From: Eledone cirrhosa
Taxonomy: Eukaryota
DNA: 64,000 bases
Direction of reading: 5' to 3'
Assembly (NCBI GenBank): GCA_964016885.1
Contig: OZ024743.1
Span: 266,724,001-266,788,000, forward strand
Shown here: positions 12,780 through 26,000 of the stretch, in pieces
Numbering within the stretch: position 1 is the stretch's first letter
How the letters are laid out: each line of letters opens with the position of its first letter
Program-made: the position numbers and the translations under genes
Notes under the pieces: model-generated
The model's input: only the letters and a program-made list of their open reading frames with translations
What the model was told of the DNA's origin: nothing
The model's database searches: none

Positions 12780-14850
12780 CAATGGGTGACACTGTTATCT
12801 TCCTTGAACAATTTCACTACTCTGTGATATAGGTACGACGAGGTGAGTAAAGACCACTTTTAAAAAGGTTCAATCTCCGCGTGCATGAGGAAATAGCAAA
12901 TTGGTGACTGGTGCAAATAAGACCATCAAACTTTACAATATGACAAGAGACATTAAAAGGATCCATTCCGTATCGTCCTTCGCGTGGGATAGCAATTGTC
13001 ACGTTCAAGTCTGAGGTAGAAGTATATTGCTGTCTCTATCTATAGCTGCAAGATCTGGCGATGGGCGTGCATCTGTTTGGGAAGAGAGTGGGATGGATGC
13101 TCGAATGTTACGTGTCCCTAGACCTCAAAGAAAATCCGGAATGGAGCAAACCTTCAGTGTTGGTAACTGGAACTTACAAACCTTAGAGGTAAGGAGTAGA
13201 AACTAGTAGAGGAAGCTACACTCTACCTTCTAGAGTTAAGTCATCTTTTCCTGAACAAAATTTCCGGGCTGTGGTATTGTAGATTTGGCTGGATGATGGA
13301 AACTCTACTATTCAGCTGTGAGGCCACTAAAGTGTGTATAGGTGATAGTGGAATACTCACAATCCCGCAGCTGTTAGAATGTGTTATGAATTGGATCGCA
13401 TTGGGAAGGAGGAATTGCCTCTTGAAGCGAGGCTGAAAGAAAGGTTTATGTGTGTGGTTTATGTGCCAAAGAGAGTATCCGAATACTGATACCTCTTTCA
13501 TAAAACCACTACAGCGTTATGTGTAGTTAAGACTAAGACATATATCCTAATACAATACTTCAATACACATGTTGGAACTGACTATCTGATATAGAAATTA
13601 CCGATTGGAAGAAATGGTGATTTCGATCAACATACGAATGGAGAGGAACTATTAGATCTCTATTCTAGAAATACACTCTCTATTATGAATAAGTTCTGCC
13701 AGCACAAGACATTCATATATACACATGGCATGGAGGGAATCGAGGATATGTTTCGACATTGATTTGTTTATCGTCTCTGATCACTTCGGTTCTGTGCTGG
13801 ATATTTGTGAAAAGATAGTGGCTGAGCTGACAATCCGTCACCATCTAATTATCTGCCACCAGAGAATAATTAAAGCCAAGAAATGCTACAGAACCTACAG
13901 CCCAGGAACAGATATGGGGGATGTCATTGAATCTAAATTTAGATATCTCCATGAGCAAATTGAAGACGTTGACACTTTTCAGCTTGGCAGTCTATGCTGT
14001 AAGCAGCTTGGTTTGGCACCGGATGGCAGGAGTTCCCATGGTTCAAATAATTGGTCAAAGATGCCATTCAAGAAACAAATGTGGCTTACAAATCTTGGTT
14101 TTGAAATAATTTCTCCTTATTGCAGAAGTTGTAAATATAGGCGTGAAACGTCACGACAGAGACAGTAAAGATGTCTAAATTTCAGGCATGGGAGGATTTT
14201 TGTGTTAGACAGAATCCGATTTCAGATCAGCAAATCAAATAACATGTTCTGACAGATCATCATTCGACTTCATAATAAAAAGTCGTCTTCCGTGTTTGTC
14301 AGAAACGTGTCTGGGGTTCTCTTTTCTTCAGAGAAGTTCAGCCTCGCAAGTTGGAGATAATTTATTGCCCATTTCATACACCCGGTCGCAACAGTTTGTT
14401 CTTATGTACACGATGTGCATCTGGGAAAAAATATTAATCTTTCAGAGGCTGAAATCACAAGAGCATTTAAGCAGATCAAATGTGGCTTGGGAGGGCCACA
14501 TTCGGCCGGAAATGTTAAAAGCCTTAAATAAAGAAGGTACTCTGTAACTGACTCGTTTGTTTCGTGTGTTCTGTTTCTCTAAGCAATGGTATTCAGGAGT
14601 GATAATCCCAATTTCTGAAATTGGATTCAAGTGAAAATGCTCCAATTATAGACGGATATTCCTGTTAAGCTTTCCTCGTAAGACCTATCATAAGTGTCTG
14701 GTAAAGAGTTATAGGGATAATGAGTCGAAGCTAGATGACAAACAGTGGGGTTTTCGCCCCGGACGCAACACAACCGATCAAATATTTACGGAAAAAATCG
14801 TAGGAGCATTGCCAAGATTTCTATGAATGTTTTGTAGGCCTTGAAACGTC
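12780..14850 (+). mobile_element. Heavily decayed RTE-clade LINE (APE + RT N-half)
   Basis: Frameshifted motifs VGNWNLQTL (~13160), FNTHVG, NGEELLDL, IDLFIVS, IRPEMLKAL, CSNYRRIFLLS, QWGFRPGRNTTDQIF (~14745-14790). Confidence 0.7.
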
Positions 14851-15068
14851 ATATGAACGCGTTGGTGGTAGTATTGATTAGGTACTAGAGTTGTTGTAAT
14901 GCTTAGTGTTTTAATGGTGAGCGTAATTATATGGACAATGCTAGTAGTGGATGGAGTGTTGTTGTTTTGAGGTAATGGTGGTAATTGTAAATACGTGCTG
15001 CTCAAATATATAACATAATCATCGTCATTTTTATTATTGTTTTTGATGCTAATTTCATAATCACTCTA

Positions 15069-15200
15069 GTGGTGGATTGGGTGAATCGCTAGGAATTCGC
15101 TGTATTTTTCAGGTTTTATATTTCAAATTCCGACACAGACAATTTAATTTTCATCCTTCCAGGTCGATAAAATAAAGTACATGTCAAGTGAAAGTTTCAT
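15069..15200 (+). mobile_element. Degenerate copy of the octopod-type tRNA SINE
   Basis: GGTGGATTGG...TTCAAATTCCG...TTTCATCCTT...GTCGATAAAATAAAGTAC similar to intact copies. Confidence 0.55.
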
Positions 15201-15439
15201 TTACCCTACCCACAGCTCTACGTATGTCTTGCGAGTGAACTTTGGAAGCTCGTCGGACGGACTCAACCTGTAATTCAGTCCGACCCTCTATCGATACTGC
15301 CAATTCCCCGCTGCAATCTAACCATTCACATACACGAATCACAGATACGCACTGACTTTATATTAAACTATGTAAGAATGCTCAACCACCCTCCATACAT
15401 ACAGACACACACACAATATATATATACACACACGCACAC

Positions 15440-15541
<102 letters not shown>

Positions 15542-15947
15542 AATAGGGAGCGCACCATCAAATAAAAAATTAAAATGGAGACAAAATAGAACGGAAAGCC
15601 ATCTCATCAGTCAACATCTGGAAATAGTACGGTTTTGGTCCATTGAGATCGATAGCATTCATTCCAGTGCACATGGGAACATAAGAAAACTGGTAGAGAC
15701 AAGTTATGCCTTTAGGTAAAGTAGACAAATGTAGAGTGCATAAGTGCTTAGCCAAAGAAGAAAAATATAGAAAGGAGATAAATAGTAAATCACAAGAGAA
15801 TAGGAATGTTGTCCAATGTGCAGATAAAGAAGGACTAAGAGGCGTAGATAAGGTAAGAAGAGAGAATAGGGGAAACAGGCCGACTGGTGTGATGTCTAAT
15901 ATATGATAGTTTCTAAACAAACCCGCATAGCTGTCTTTAGAATATAA

Positions 15948-16046
<99 letters not shown>

Positions 16047-17928
16047 AGCGTGTGTGTGTGTGTGTATGTGTAGGTGTGTGTGTGTGTATGTAGCGTGTTT
16101 GAATATATGTACCAATAAATATACATATATATATCAATATACATATAAAAAAATGACTGTATGTATATAAATATGTACTCTTAAATTGTGCCTGTTTTAT
16201 ACAAAAAAGAAAAAAAAGAACAACTGCATGTGCACACATAGATATGCATCAATAAATAATATATATGGACCCACAAGATACATATGCACACCTATATAAA
16301 ATCGCGAACAGACATATGTTTGTATGTACGCATACATATATACATACATACTCCTTTCTATAAGTATACGTGATTGTGTATCAGTGTAGCATGCCTCTTT
16401 CTCTATATATGTACAATAAGTGTGTATCTATATGTGTTCATAGTAATACTCATTTATCTATGTATGCATGAACACGTGACTGTCTGCCTGTGCCTTCCTA
16501 TCTGTTTATAAATGTATGTGTATGTGTGCATATGTGAATACATTATCCAAATGAGAATGAAAAAATGTGTGCGAAGCATCGTTCTTCCCCATAGATGTAG
16601 AAAATAGCAAAAACACCGGAAATTAATTGTGGAATGAAGTTTGTGGGTGGTGACTGTTTCCCCATGCAAGATAAAATCTCAAAAGCAAAGCATTGAATTA
16701 TATTCAAAGAAGGTAAGCTTAATGAAATAAAGCGATAAGATCAAGAGGTGTTGAAAGTATTGAAAGCATATTGACATGGATTACCCAAAAATGAAAAAAA
16801 GCAAAAAGAAATAATAATAAAACTAAATAAAACTAAAACAAATATATACGAAAATAAAGTTTAACTAAAAATCTCTGTTACCTAGCAAGGACAGAACGGT
16901 ATTATATAAATGATACCGCCATATACCGGAGATTAGTTTGGCTTGTAGAACATTTCAGTTTTCGAAATGAATAGAATCGTTGTCCAATTGTTATTGTTGT
17001 TGTTGTTGTTGTTGTTATTATTGTTGTTGTTTGTTGTGGTTACTGCCTGTGATGCTCATGCTTGTGCTGTTTTGCTCGTTTTTAGCGTTGTTGTTGTACT
17101 TGTTGCAATGTGTCTTCATCTTTGTTCTCACTTGACCTAAGGTACACTGTTATATGTAAATAATTTCAGAGGGTTGTATTTTTTCTCACGAGTTTACTAT
17201 AATATGAATTGACTTTCTTATATTAGTCTTTTTGTTGTTGTGTGCTTGCCTCCTTCTCACCGTCTGCCCTTGGTGTCTGAATACCATCATCTGACACCCA
17301 ATTAATACAAGGGAGACTATAAGGGAGACTATTCTAAGCTTAACTCAGTTGTAATTGACCAACGAAAACATCTTATAAATGGCTGGATATTTTATAGCTA
17401 GAAAGAGATATAGATGGTGATGGGATGAAAGAAACAATGTGCTACTAGCAGAGTCAGGCAGAGGAAAAGGAATGAAAGGAAAAGAAGAGATGTGGAGACT
17501 GGGGATGAAAGAATAAGCAAGAAGTGAGGGAGAGAGGACTCAGGGTTAAATGAGGTGTTAAACTTTCAAAATCAGAGATAGAGTTAGAGAGATATATAGT
17601 TAGACATAGTGATTCTGGGTAAGTGTATAAGAATGTAAAATGGGGTGGGGAAAAGTGGCCAGAAAGAGAGAAATATAGGATGTGACGCCAGTAGAAGTGG
17701 GAAAGGCCATCAAAATGAGAGAAGTCAGTGAGAGTGGTTATTGTTAAATGAGTGCTAAACTTCCAATAAAGCACGCGATATAATGGTTTATGGTTAATTC
17801 CCAACGAAACACTTGCAATCTTCCTTCCCATCACCCTCATACTTGTTTCTCGTCTTTCTCTCTCTCTCTCTCCCTCTCTCTCTTTATCTATCTATCTTAT
17901 ATATATATAACTAAAAAATACATCTATA

Positions 17929-18033
<105 letters not shown>

Positions 18034-18424
18034 TGCGTGTGTTTGCGTGTGTGTGTGTGTGTGTAGGTGTGTGTGTAAGTGTGTGTATATGTCTGTGTGT
18101 ATGTGTGTCTCTGTCTCTGTGCGTGTATACATACATAGAAATTATAGCAATGCTTATTTCCCTCTTCCCACTATCTATCAAGTTGTGGACTTGCGTATGT
18201 TCTCTTCTTACACAACCCAAGTAGTTGTATATTTTGTCTCTTGCTTTTACGCTCCATGGGAGGTAGGTCATACACACCAACATTTTTACCTATTTCTTTG
18301 TTACCTTTGTAGAAATTTATTTTCCTTCTCACGACTCATGATTTACACACTTAGATGTGTAACCTTCATGTATATATGTATATATATGTATACACACACA
18401 CATACATATACATACACACACAAT

Positions 18425-18489
<65 letters not shown>

Positions 18490-18692
18490 AAAAGAATCAG
18501 GACTCCGACGGCAAAGATCCGGCCGTTTCGACAACTAGATCTGAACTCCTTGTTCGGATCTAGCTGTCGAAACGGTCGGAGCTCAACAGTCGGGGTCCTG
18601 ACTCTTTTTACTATTACCCACTCTACTACCCTAAGTATCGAGTACCCTGGTGCATTATGGTCCACATGGTATCTTACCACACCTTCTTTGTT
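18490..18692 (+). mobile_element. Penelope-type terminal repeat fragment with 5' fold-back
   Basis: Hairpin 18497-18601; 18560-18692 matches the reverse complement of 34654-34785, which lies just upstream of a Penelope RT fragment; flanked by (TA)n. Confidence 0.6.
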
Positions 18693-19333
18693 ATATATAT
18701 ATGGGTATGTGTGTGTGTGTTTCTCTTTTTACTGTGTTAGAAAGAGCTTGGAATTTTTTCCTTGAGCTTATTTTATTATAAGATTTTAACTCAATATGTT
18801 AATCTTGATAGCATTTTTATTGTGTTTTGTTAAATATGCGCTCTAATACATGCTATATCTTCCTCTCTCACTCACCTATTGAATCGTGCAAGTCGTGAAA
18901 TTGACAACGTGGTTGGTCGAAATATCTAGAATTCGAATTCTAACCAGCGCGCTAACTCTATATCGCTGACTAATCGGTTGTTGGTATTTAATGTCCCGAA
19001 AGTTTTTAGGCACTACCATTGTTACTGTCGCACTATTTCTCGCCATAGTAGTTGGAGACTGGAGCCGATACTACCATTCTATTGTACAGCGATTTGAGAC
19101 AAATTTTTTCTAATAGCCGATTTTTCACTTACTTTTAATTTGTGTTTGAGATACGTTGGCTGAGTGCTTATGGCGGGAGCGGAATTATTTTTGAACCAGT
19201 AGCCAATCGGTTGTGATGATGGATAGGGATTTCAGTTGCTAATGTTTTCCTGTGTTGACCGTCACATTCACTGTCATAGCCGACACGGACTAGAATCGAA
19301 TTGTGTCGATCGATTGATTATTGATTAGGCGAA

Positions 19334-19446
19334 ACCCACTGATGAAGCCACATGCAGCGATTGTGCAGTGTTGAATAATAAATGCAGGCAGTGGATGCTA
19401 TGCACTCTATTGCTGCATTAAATGTGGCTGAAATTCGAGTACGGGT
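19334..19446 (+). ncRNA. Type I hammerhead motif with ~80 nt extended stem II
   Basis: ACCCA CTGATGA AGCCACAT GCAGCGAT...ATTGCTGC...ATGTGGCT GAAA TTCGAG TA CGGGT. Confidence 0.65.
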
Positions 19447-19591
19447 ATAGTTGAAGGTAGCCATTTGCGTGTGTTGTATTGAAGCGAATAACTTTGTCTA
19501 CTGTGGGATTTTACGTAATATTACCTATTTAGTACGTTGAGATGCGACCGGTACTAGCAGTGAATCCCATGCTAGTCCCGTCAAATTACAG

Positions 19592-19692
<101 letters not shown>

Positions 19693-19996
19693 CTATATCC
19701 ATATATCAATTCTGGTACATATCCAATTAAGTATCATTTTACACTACCAATTTATTTTTTTTAAAAATAATTTTCTGGCACTCTTTGTGTAAGGTAGATT
19801 TATGACGTCACTCTTCAACGATCCCCACATACTGACACTTAGCTGTTTTCTTTTAACATGCTTGCTGGGAACAGTAAGACCCCTCCGATGCCTCCTGAAT
19901 ATTTGAGGTTGCGGGTAGCGGCTTGATGTTCATTTGAACAAACTTTTCAGTTAAATAAAATCAATGACTGCGACTCCAAGAAAATAATATTAATGA

Positions 19997-20132
19997 TAAT
20001 TGTTTCTACTTTTGTCACAAGGCCGGCAATTAACCAGTGCATTACTGGAACTTTATTTTATCTACCCCGTAAAGATGAAAAGCAAAGTTAACTACGGCGG
20101 GATTTGAACTCAGAATGGCAAGGGCCGTAACT
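19997..20132 (-). mobile_element. Octopod-type tRNA SINE, 5' truncated
   Basis: Reverse complement of the SINE body (GTTCAAATCC B box, GTACCAGTAATGCACTGG-like core, AAAGTAGAAACAATT tail). Confidence 0.8.
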
Positions 20133-22963
20133 CTAAAAAAAAAACACGACAAAGGGAACAACAAAAAAAACAACAGCAATAATAATAATAACAACAACAA
20201 CAGCAACAGCCAAAATATTCTTATTCATGTCACGATTCCGAATGCAATGTCTCTCTGTGTAAAAAAAATAATAAAGGAACAATAAAAAAACCGGGTCTCT
20301 AAGTTTGTATGAGTTCCTCTCCAGTCGTGAGCCTTACAGTAATAAGGACACTTGACATATTTTAAGCAAAATCGGTTAACGGAGGAACACGCAGGAAATA
20401 AAAGTTATTCACATGTTATAGTGTGATTTGAAGTAGAATTCTGTACAAGTCTGAAACTCCTATTTTGGTTCGATCAAACAGCAAACTTTTAAATAGCTAC
20501 ACTAATAGACAAAATATATACATGCACAGAAAACGGAGGTCCTACGAAACAATAAGGGAGGTAATATCAGATATGGTTAAGTATACAGTTAATAATAAGT
20601 ATATATTCCATAGGCAAATATATATATATATGTTTATATATATACACACACCTACATACCCACATACACACACGCACACACACATACACACGCACACACA
20701 CACATATATATATAATGTACATATACATAAACATTTGTTTGTGTGTGTGTATGTATGTGTGTATATATACATATTTCATATACAAAAATTAAAGGTTAAC
20801 AATTGTTATATGTGTTGAGTCTACACTATATAAATAAAATGTATTTCCTTAGTTTATGACATGCTTGTTGTTCGTGTAGCTACTATACACACACACACAC
20901 ACACATATATATATATGGGGGGGGGGGCGTGCACCGGTGTAGACGTGTGTCTGAGTGTGTGTGTATGTGTGTTTACATCAAAGCGATAAATTGGTTGTAA
21001 CAGAAAACATTTTTTAACTTGCATAAATGATATAAACAGTTAACTGGATAATTAAGAAAATTAAAATGAATACACACATACATCTATAGTACATGCATGA
21101 ACACAGACATACTGACACAGACACACAGACACACAGACACACACACACAGAGATATGTAAGGAAACCAATACAAAAACTCAAGCTTCCACGCAACTCAAA
21201 TATATAGATATACAGCAGAGACTATAATTAATTATAGTTTAAAGTCTGTCTGCCACATAATATAAATATTTGATATGTATTTCCGCCGTATAAATGAAAA
21301 ATGATTCATGTTAGATATAGCAACGATTTAAATTTAATGATTGTATGACCCAAGAATTTTTTTGATACAGTTCTACGATTGCCGAGTGTTCTGTCATGTA
21401 GGTGTTAGTGTTTAGCCTCAGGCATGCCTCTGCAGGAAGATATATGATCAAAGCATTCCAAAAGAAACCATCTTGTTTTTTTCCCAGGATAATGTTATCC
21501 AGTGTTTACTTTGCTTCTAATATGGTGTCTGTGGAAGATTTTTTACTAATGTTGTTGTATAGAATATTTGGCTGCTAATTTTAGCCAATTGATTGACTGC
21601 ACAAAGTCTCTGACGACCTGTCAAATTTGTGGGTTTTAATTGGTTGACAAACTCTTGATTTATCATATCACGTTAATTCGATACAATGATAACATGGTAT
21701 GGAATTTAAATATGTTTGTAAGCGTGAAGTCGTTCTATTTTTTTCTCCAAACCTAAAGAGAATTTAAGCGTAGCCACAGACCTCTAGATTATGTTCTCTC
21801 ATATTCATAATGAATTCCAGTTAAGCCACTCTCTTCCAGTACTAAGAATAAATTGTCTCGGATTTATTTCAGACAGTATGTGTCAGTCCAATATCGGCTA
21901 CAAACACCATGATTGTCTCAGAATTTAATTGGATTGCCAAAATATCATGAAATCTGCAATCAAATTTTATACACATTGTTCAAAACTGAAAGGAATTCAA
22001 CACAGCAGATAAAACTTCAAATATATTAGTTTCTTGGCTGTTGATATCAGCACTGAAATACATTTTCTGCAAATTGGTGCGCGGGGAGTTGATTGATCTA
22101 TAGAAACACAACCAAAGTTATAGAACGCTAATTTGATGAGAAACGTACTACATTTCAGTAGTCATTCAATAGTAATATGCATATTTACAGAACTGGAAAC
22201 AATGAATAACTAAGGCAAAATGCTCATACATAAAGACGGGTAGATGGCTTACTACTATAATATTCTACGTTCGTTTCCCGGTAGTACGTTACGTTCTTGT
22301 GCAATACAATTATTTCAAGTCGTGTTTGTCCACCCAGTAGACTAAAATGAGTTATACCTCTAACCAAAAGTCCAATGAGTAATCTTGTCTTACATCATGA
22401 CACTCTGAAGCTGCCTAAAATACGGGTGTATATTCCAATGGGAAGTTCAACCACTTTCAGGATAATTTTATGTATAGACCGTTCGTTGTTTGAACGGACG
22501 GAGGCCATACTTCAAAAAAAAATGATGGCCTTAAAATTGATTTCACTAGAAAAAAAAATGTGTTTTGGACTTTCTAGTTTCATAGTAGGGCCAGAATATC
22601 TAGGTGACCGACCAGGGAAACTTAAACACCTTACTTCAGTTACAGCTACTGACCGAAATCTACTGGGCTTAATAGAAGGAAAAGCAAACGGGTAGACTCA
22701 AAGTTTGCAATTATTTTCACAGGTGTTGAGCTTTCAGTTCCCAGCGGCGCGTTGAGTACTTGAGCAAGATACTTTATATCACGTTACTCCAGTTCACTCA
22801 GCTGGTAAAAAATAGTGAACCATTTGCATGAGCAAACAGTCCCTTTGACCTTATCAAGTGGAACACTCATCACTGTAACCGACGTAGCGACAGGTTTATA
22901 TATACATATATATATATATAATGCAAACAGACACAGCAGGGACACACACAAACACACAAACCC

Positions 22964-23020
<57 letters not shown>

Positions 23021-23024
23021 TATA

Positions 23025-23051
23025 TCTGTATATATATAAAGCTGAAGTTTT

Positions 23052-23093
<42 letters not shown>

Positions 23094-26000
23094 ACAATTT
23101 TTAATGAGGGCTCATATATTCTAAACCATTCATGCGATTTCTTTGAAATTTTTTACAGAGCTTCTCCTTGCACAAAACCTGTACATGATTTACAAAGGCC
23201 TTTGGAGACATTAACAAATTTCGGTTATTTGTGTCAATTTTCGTGATTAAGTAAGACAAGAGTTATCTTTCGTCAATAAAATAGGAACTCATTTTTGATG
23301 TTGTCAAACATTTTGTTTGGGGATTTTGTTTATTATAATTCGGCTCATTCGGATTTTACTTTACTCTTTGTACTTGAAACAAAAGGTACGCTTCCTTGAG
23401 ACTAACAATATCATTTTGTATATTTCACAATCAGCAATTTCTAACAGATTACTAAGTTAAATTATAGATTTGACATTGTATAATTTATCGTTTCAACGTT
23501 GGTGTTCATACATTAAGTGATGTCATAACTTTTACAATAATATGCTTAAATTTATCGAAAGGATGATTTATACATCAACGACTTAAAATTATTCTATTTT
23601 TTCGCATTGATTAGACTACGTTTCTGACACATAATTTAGTTATTAACTTACATACCCTGTACATTTCTACCGTTACATGTACTTCAAATACATTTTACAA
23701 TTAATCTTTATTTTTACATTCGATTGTGTTATATCATGTCTACTTTACAGATTTCGTTTTGATGCCTCGTTGAAATAAAAGAAGTTGTCTCAGCAGATTG
23801 TCGACCGGTGTGGGTAAGGAAAAGCAGCGTCGAGCTAATGAAACTGAGGAGCAGAGGACAACGAGGTTATCCACATTAGCTGCCTACAACGCAAGACTCA
23901 ACACTTCGCATTCATCGCATCGATACTCAGTAGAAAATCTTGCGGCTCATATGGCAAAAAATGCACAAACCACTGCTGCTTCACGATCAAATGAGTCTAC
24001 AGAGGAACGTGCTATTCGGTGAGCGCTGAATGCTGCCGCGACTGCTGCCTCAAGAGCTGCGGAGACACCTAAACAACGCATACGTCGCCAGGCTTCCGAT
24101 TGTGCTTATCGGACTGCTGCGATAGCTTCTGAAACATTAGTTGAAAGAACTTCTCGACTACAAACAATTGCGCATCATCAAGCTGTTCTGCTTGGTGCAT
24201 CAAAGCCTACGAGGAATAGATGAGTTCTTAAGGTCTATCATTATGAACCCTCTGAAAATTATGCTAACCACAAAGATGTTGCCATTGGTCGTATGTCATA
24301 AATCTGTTTACACTCTAAAGCACTAACTTGGCCGGGAGAGTCTATTGGTCTATGCTGCTCAAATGGAAAGGCTTGTCTGCCCAGCAGCCCTGAAACTCCA
24401 CAGCCTTTAAAGTCCCTTCTGCTTGGTGAGCATCCATATTCTCAAGATTTCATGAACCGAATCCGGGCATACAATTCTGCATTTCAAATGACAAGTTTTG
24501 GTCATAAGCCCATATCTTATGGAAACTTTAATCCCACTTTTACCATTCAGGGACAGGCGTACCATTTAATCGGTTCTCCTCTACCAACAGATGCTTCTCA
24601 TCATAATTTTCTTCAGATATACTTCATGAGACCAGAGAGAGAGCAAATTGCACGTAGGGCTGCTGTTGCTCCAGGCACATACACGGCTGTTCTTGGACCT
24701 CTTCAGGAAATGTTTCATGAACACAACCGGTATATCAAACAATTTAAAACGGCTATTCAACGCCACCGGGCAGACAATGCCAACATTAAGGTTGTTATTA
24801 GAAATGACAGGACTCCTGTTGGGGAACATCCCCGCTGTTACAACCGACCCGAATCAGAGGAGGTTGCTGTTTTGCTTTGCAATCCCAATGCAACTCTTTC
24901 CAAAAGAGATATCATCCTAGAGTGGCAGGACTCCCGTCTTAATCTTAAGAGGACCAATGAATTAAATCCAGCCTATGACGCCCTTCAATACCCCTTACTC
25001 TTTCCCTTAATCCTGATATCCATACCATTGTACCTACAACAGACCAAACAGCACAGCCTCCAAAAATGGTTTCCCAGATGAACTTCTACAGTTACAGATT
25101 GATGGTTAGAACGAACAACTTCAACAGTCTTCACAGAGCAGGGGCTCTTCTGAATCAGTATTGTGTGGATATGTATGTTAAGGTAGGATTTATTCCCCTT
25201 TGAGTCATTTGTACTTTTTATTAAAATCTTTGCATAACCATCCTATTCCTTACCCTTGCAGATTGACTCGGAACGACTTCTTTGGATTCGCCATAATCAA
25301 AAGCAGCTCAGTGCAGATGAATATGCCAACGTTCGAGACGAGATTAATAGCAATGACAATGTAACTGCTTCTCAGGTTGTTATTCGAATCATCCTGCCAT
25401 CGTCATATACAGGCGACCCGAGGTATATGCATGAACAGATGCAGGATGCTCTCACATACGTTCGTCTTTACAACCGCCCATACCTTTTCATAACGTTCAC
25501 ATGCAACATCCAAATGTGCTTAATTTCCGGGCCAACGACCAGCAGATCGCCATGACATCACTGTTCGCGTTTTTCATCTTAAAGTTCGTAAAATGATTGA
25601 TTTATTTAAATGTGGTGAAATTTTCGGGCTGATAAAATGTTTTATGTATACTGTTGAATGGCAAAAACATGGTCTACCTCACGCCTACATGTTACTCTGG
25701 CTACAAAGCAAACTTCGACCTTCTGACGTGGACACAGTCATAAGTGCAGAATTTCCAAATCCCAATGAAGACCCCCAGTTATACGAAATCATTCGAAAAA
25801 ATAAGGTTCATTGGCCATGTCGGCACTTTAATTCTACGTCTTCATGGATGGCAAACGGAAAATGCACTAAGAAATATCCACGAAAGCTTTGGGCTGAGAT
25901 GAACACAGGTAACGACGATTACCCATTATATCGCAGAAGAGCTCCTGGACATGGCGGTTTCGCAGCAACAATCAAACATGGATCTAACCGGGAATTTACA

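Noticed and set aside
22375-22695. 106 aa non-repetitive ORF
   Set aside because: No recognisable domain or splice context; cannot be called without a database search.
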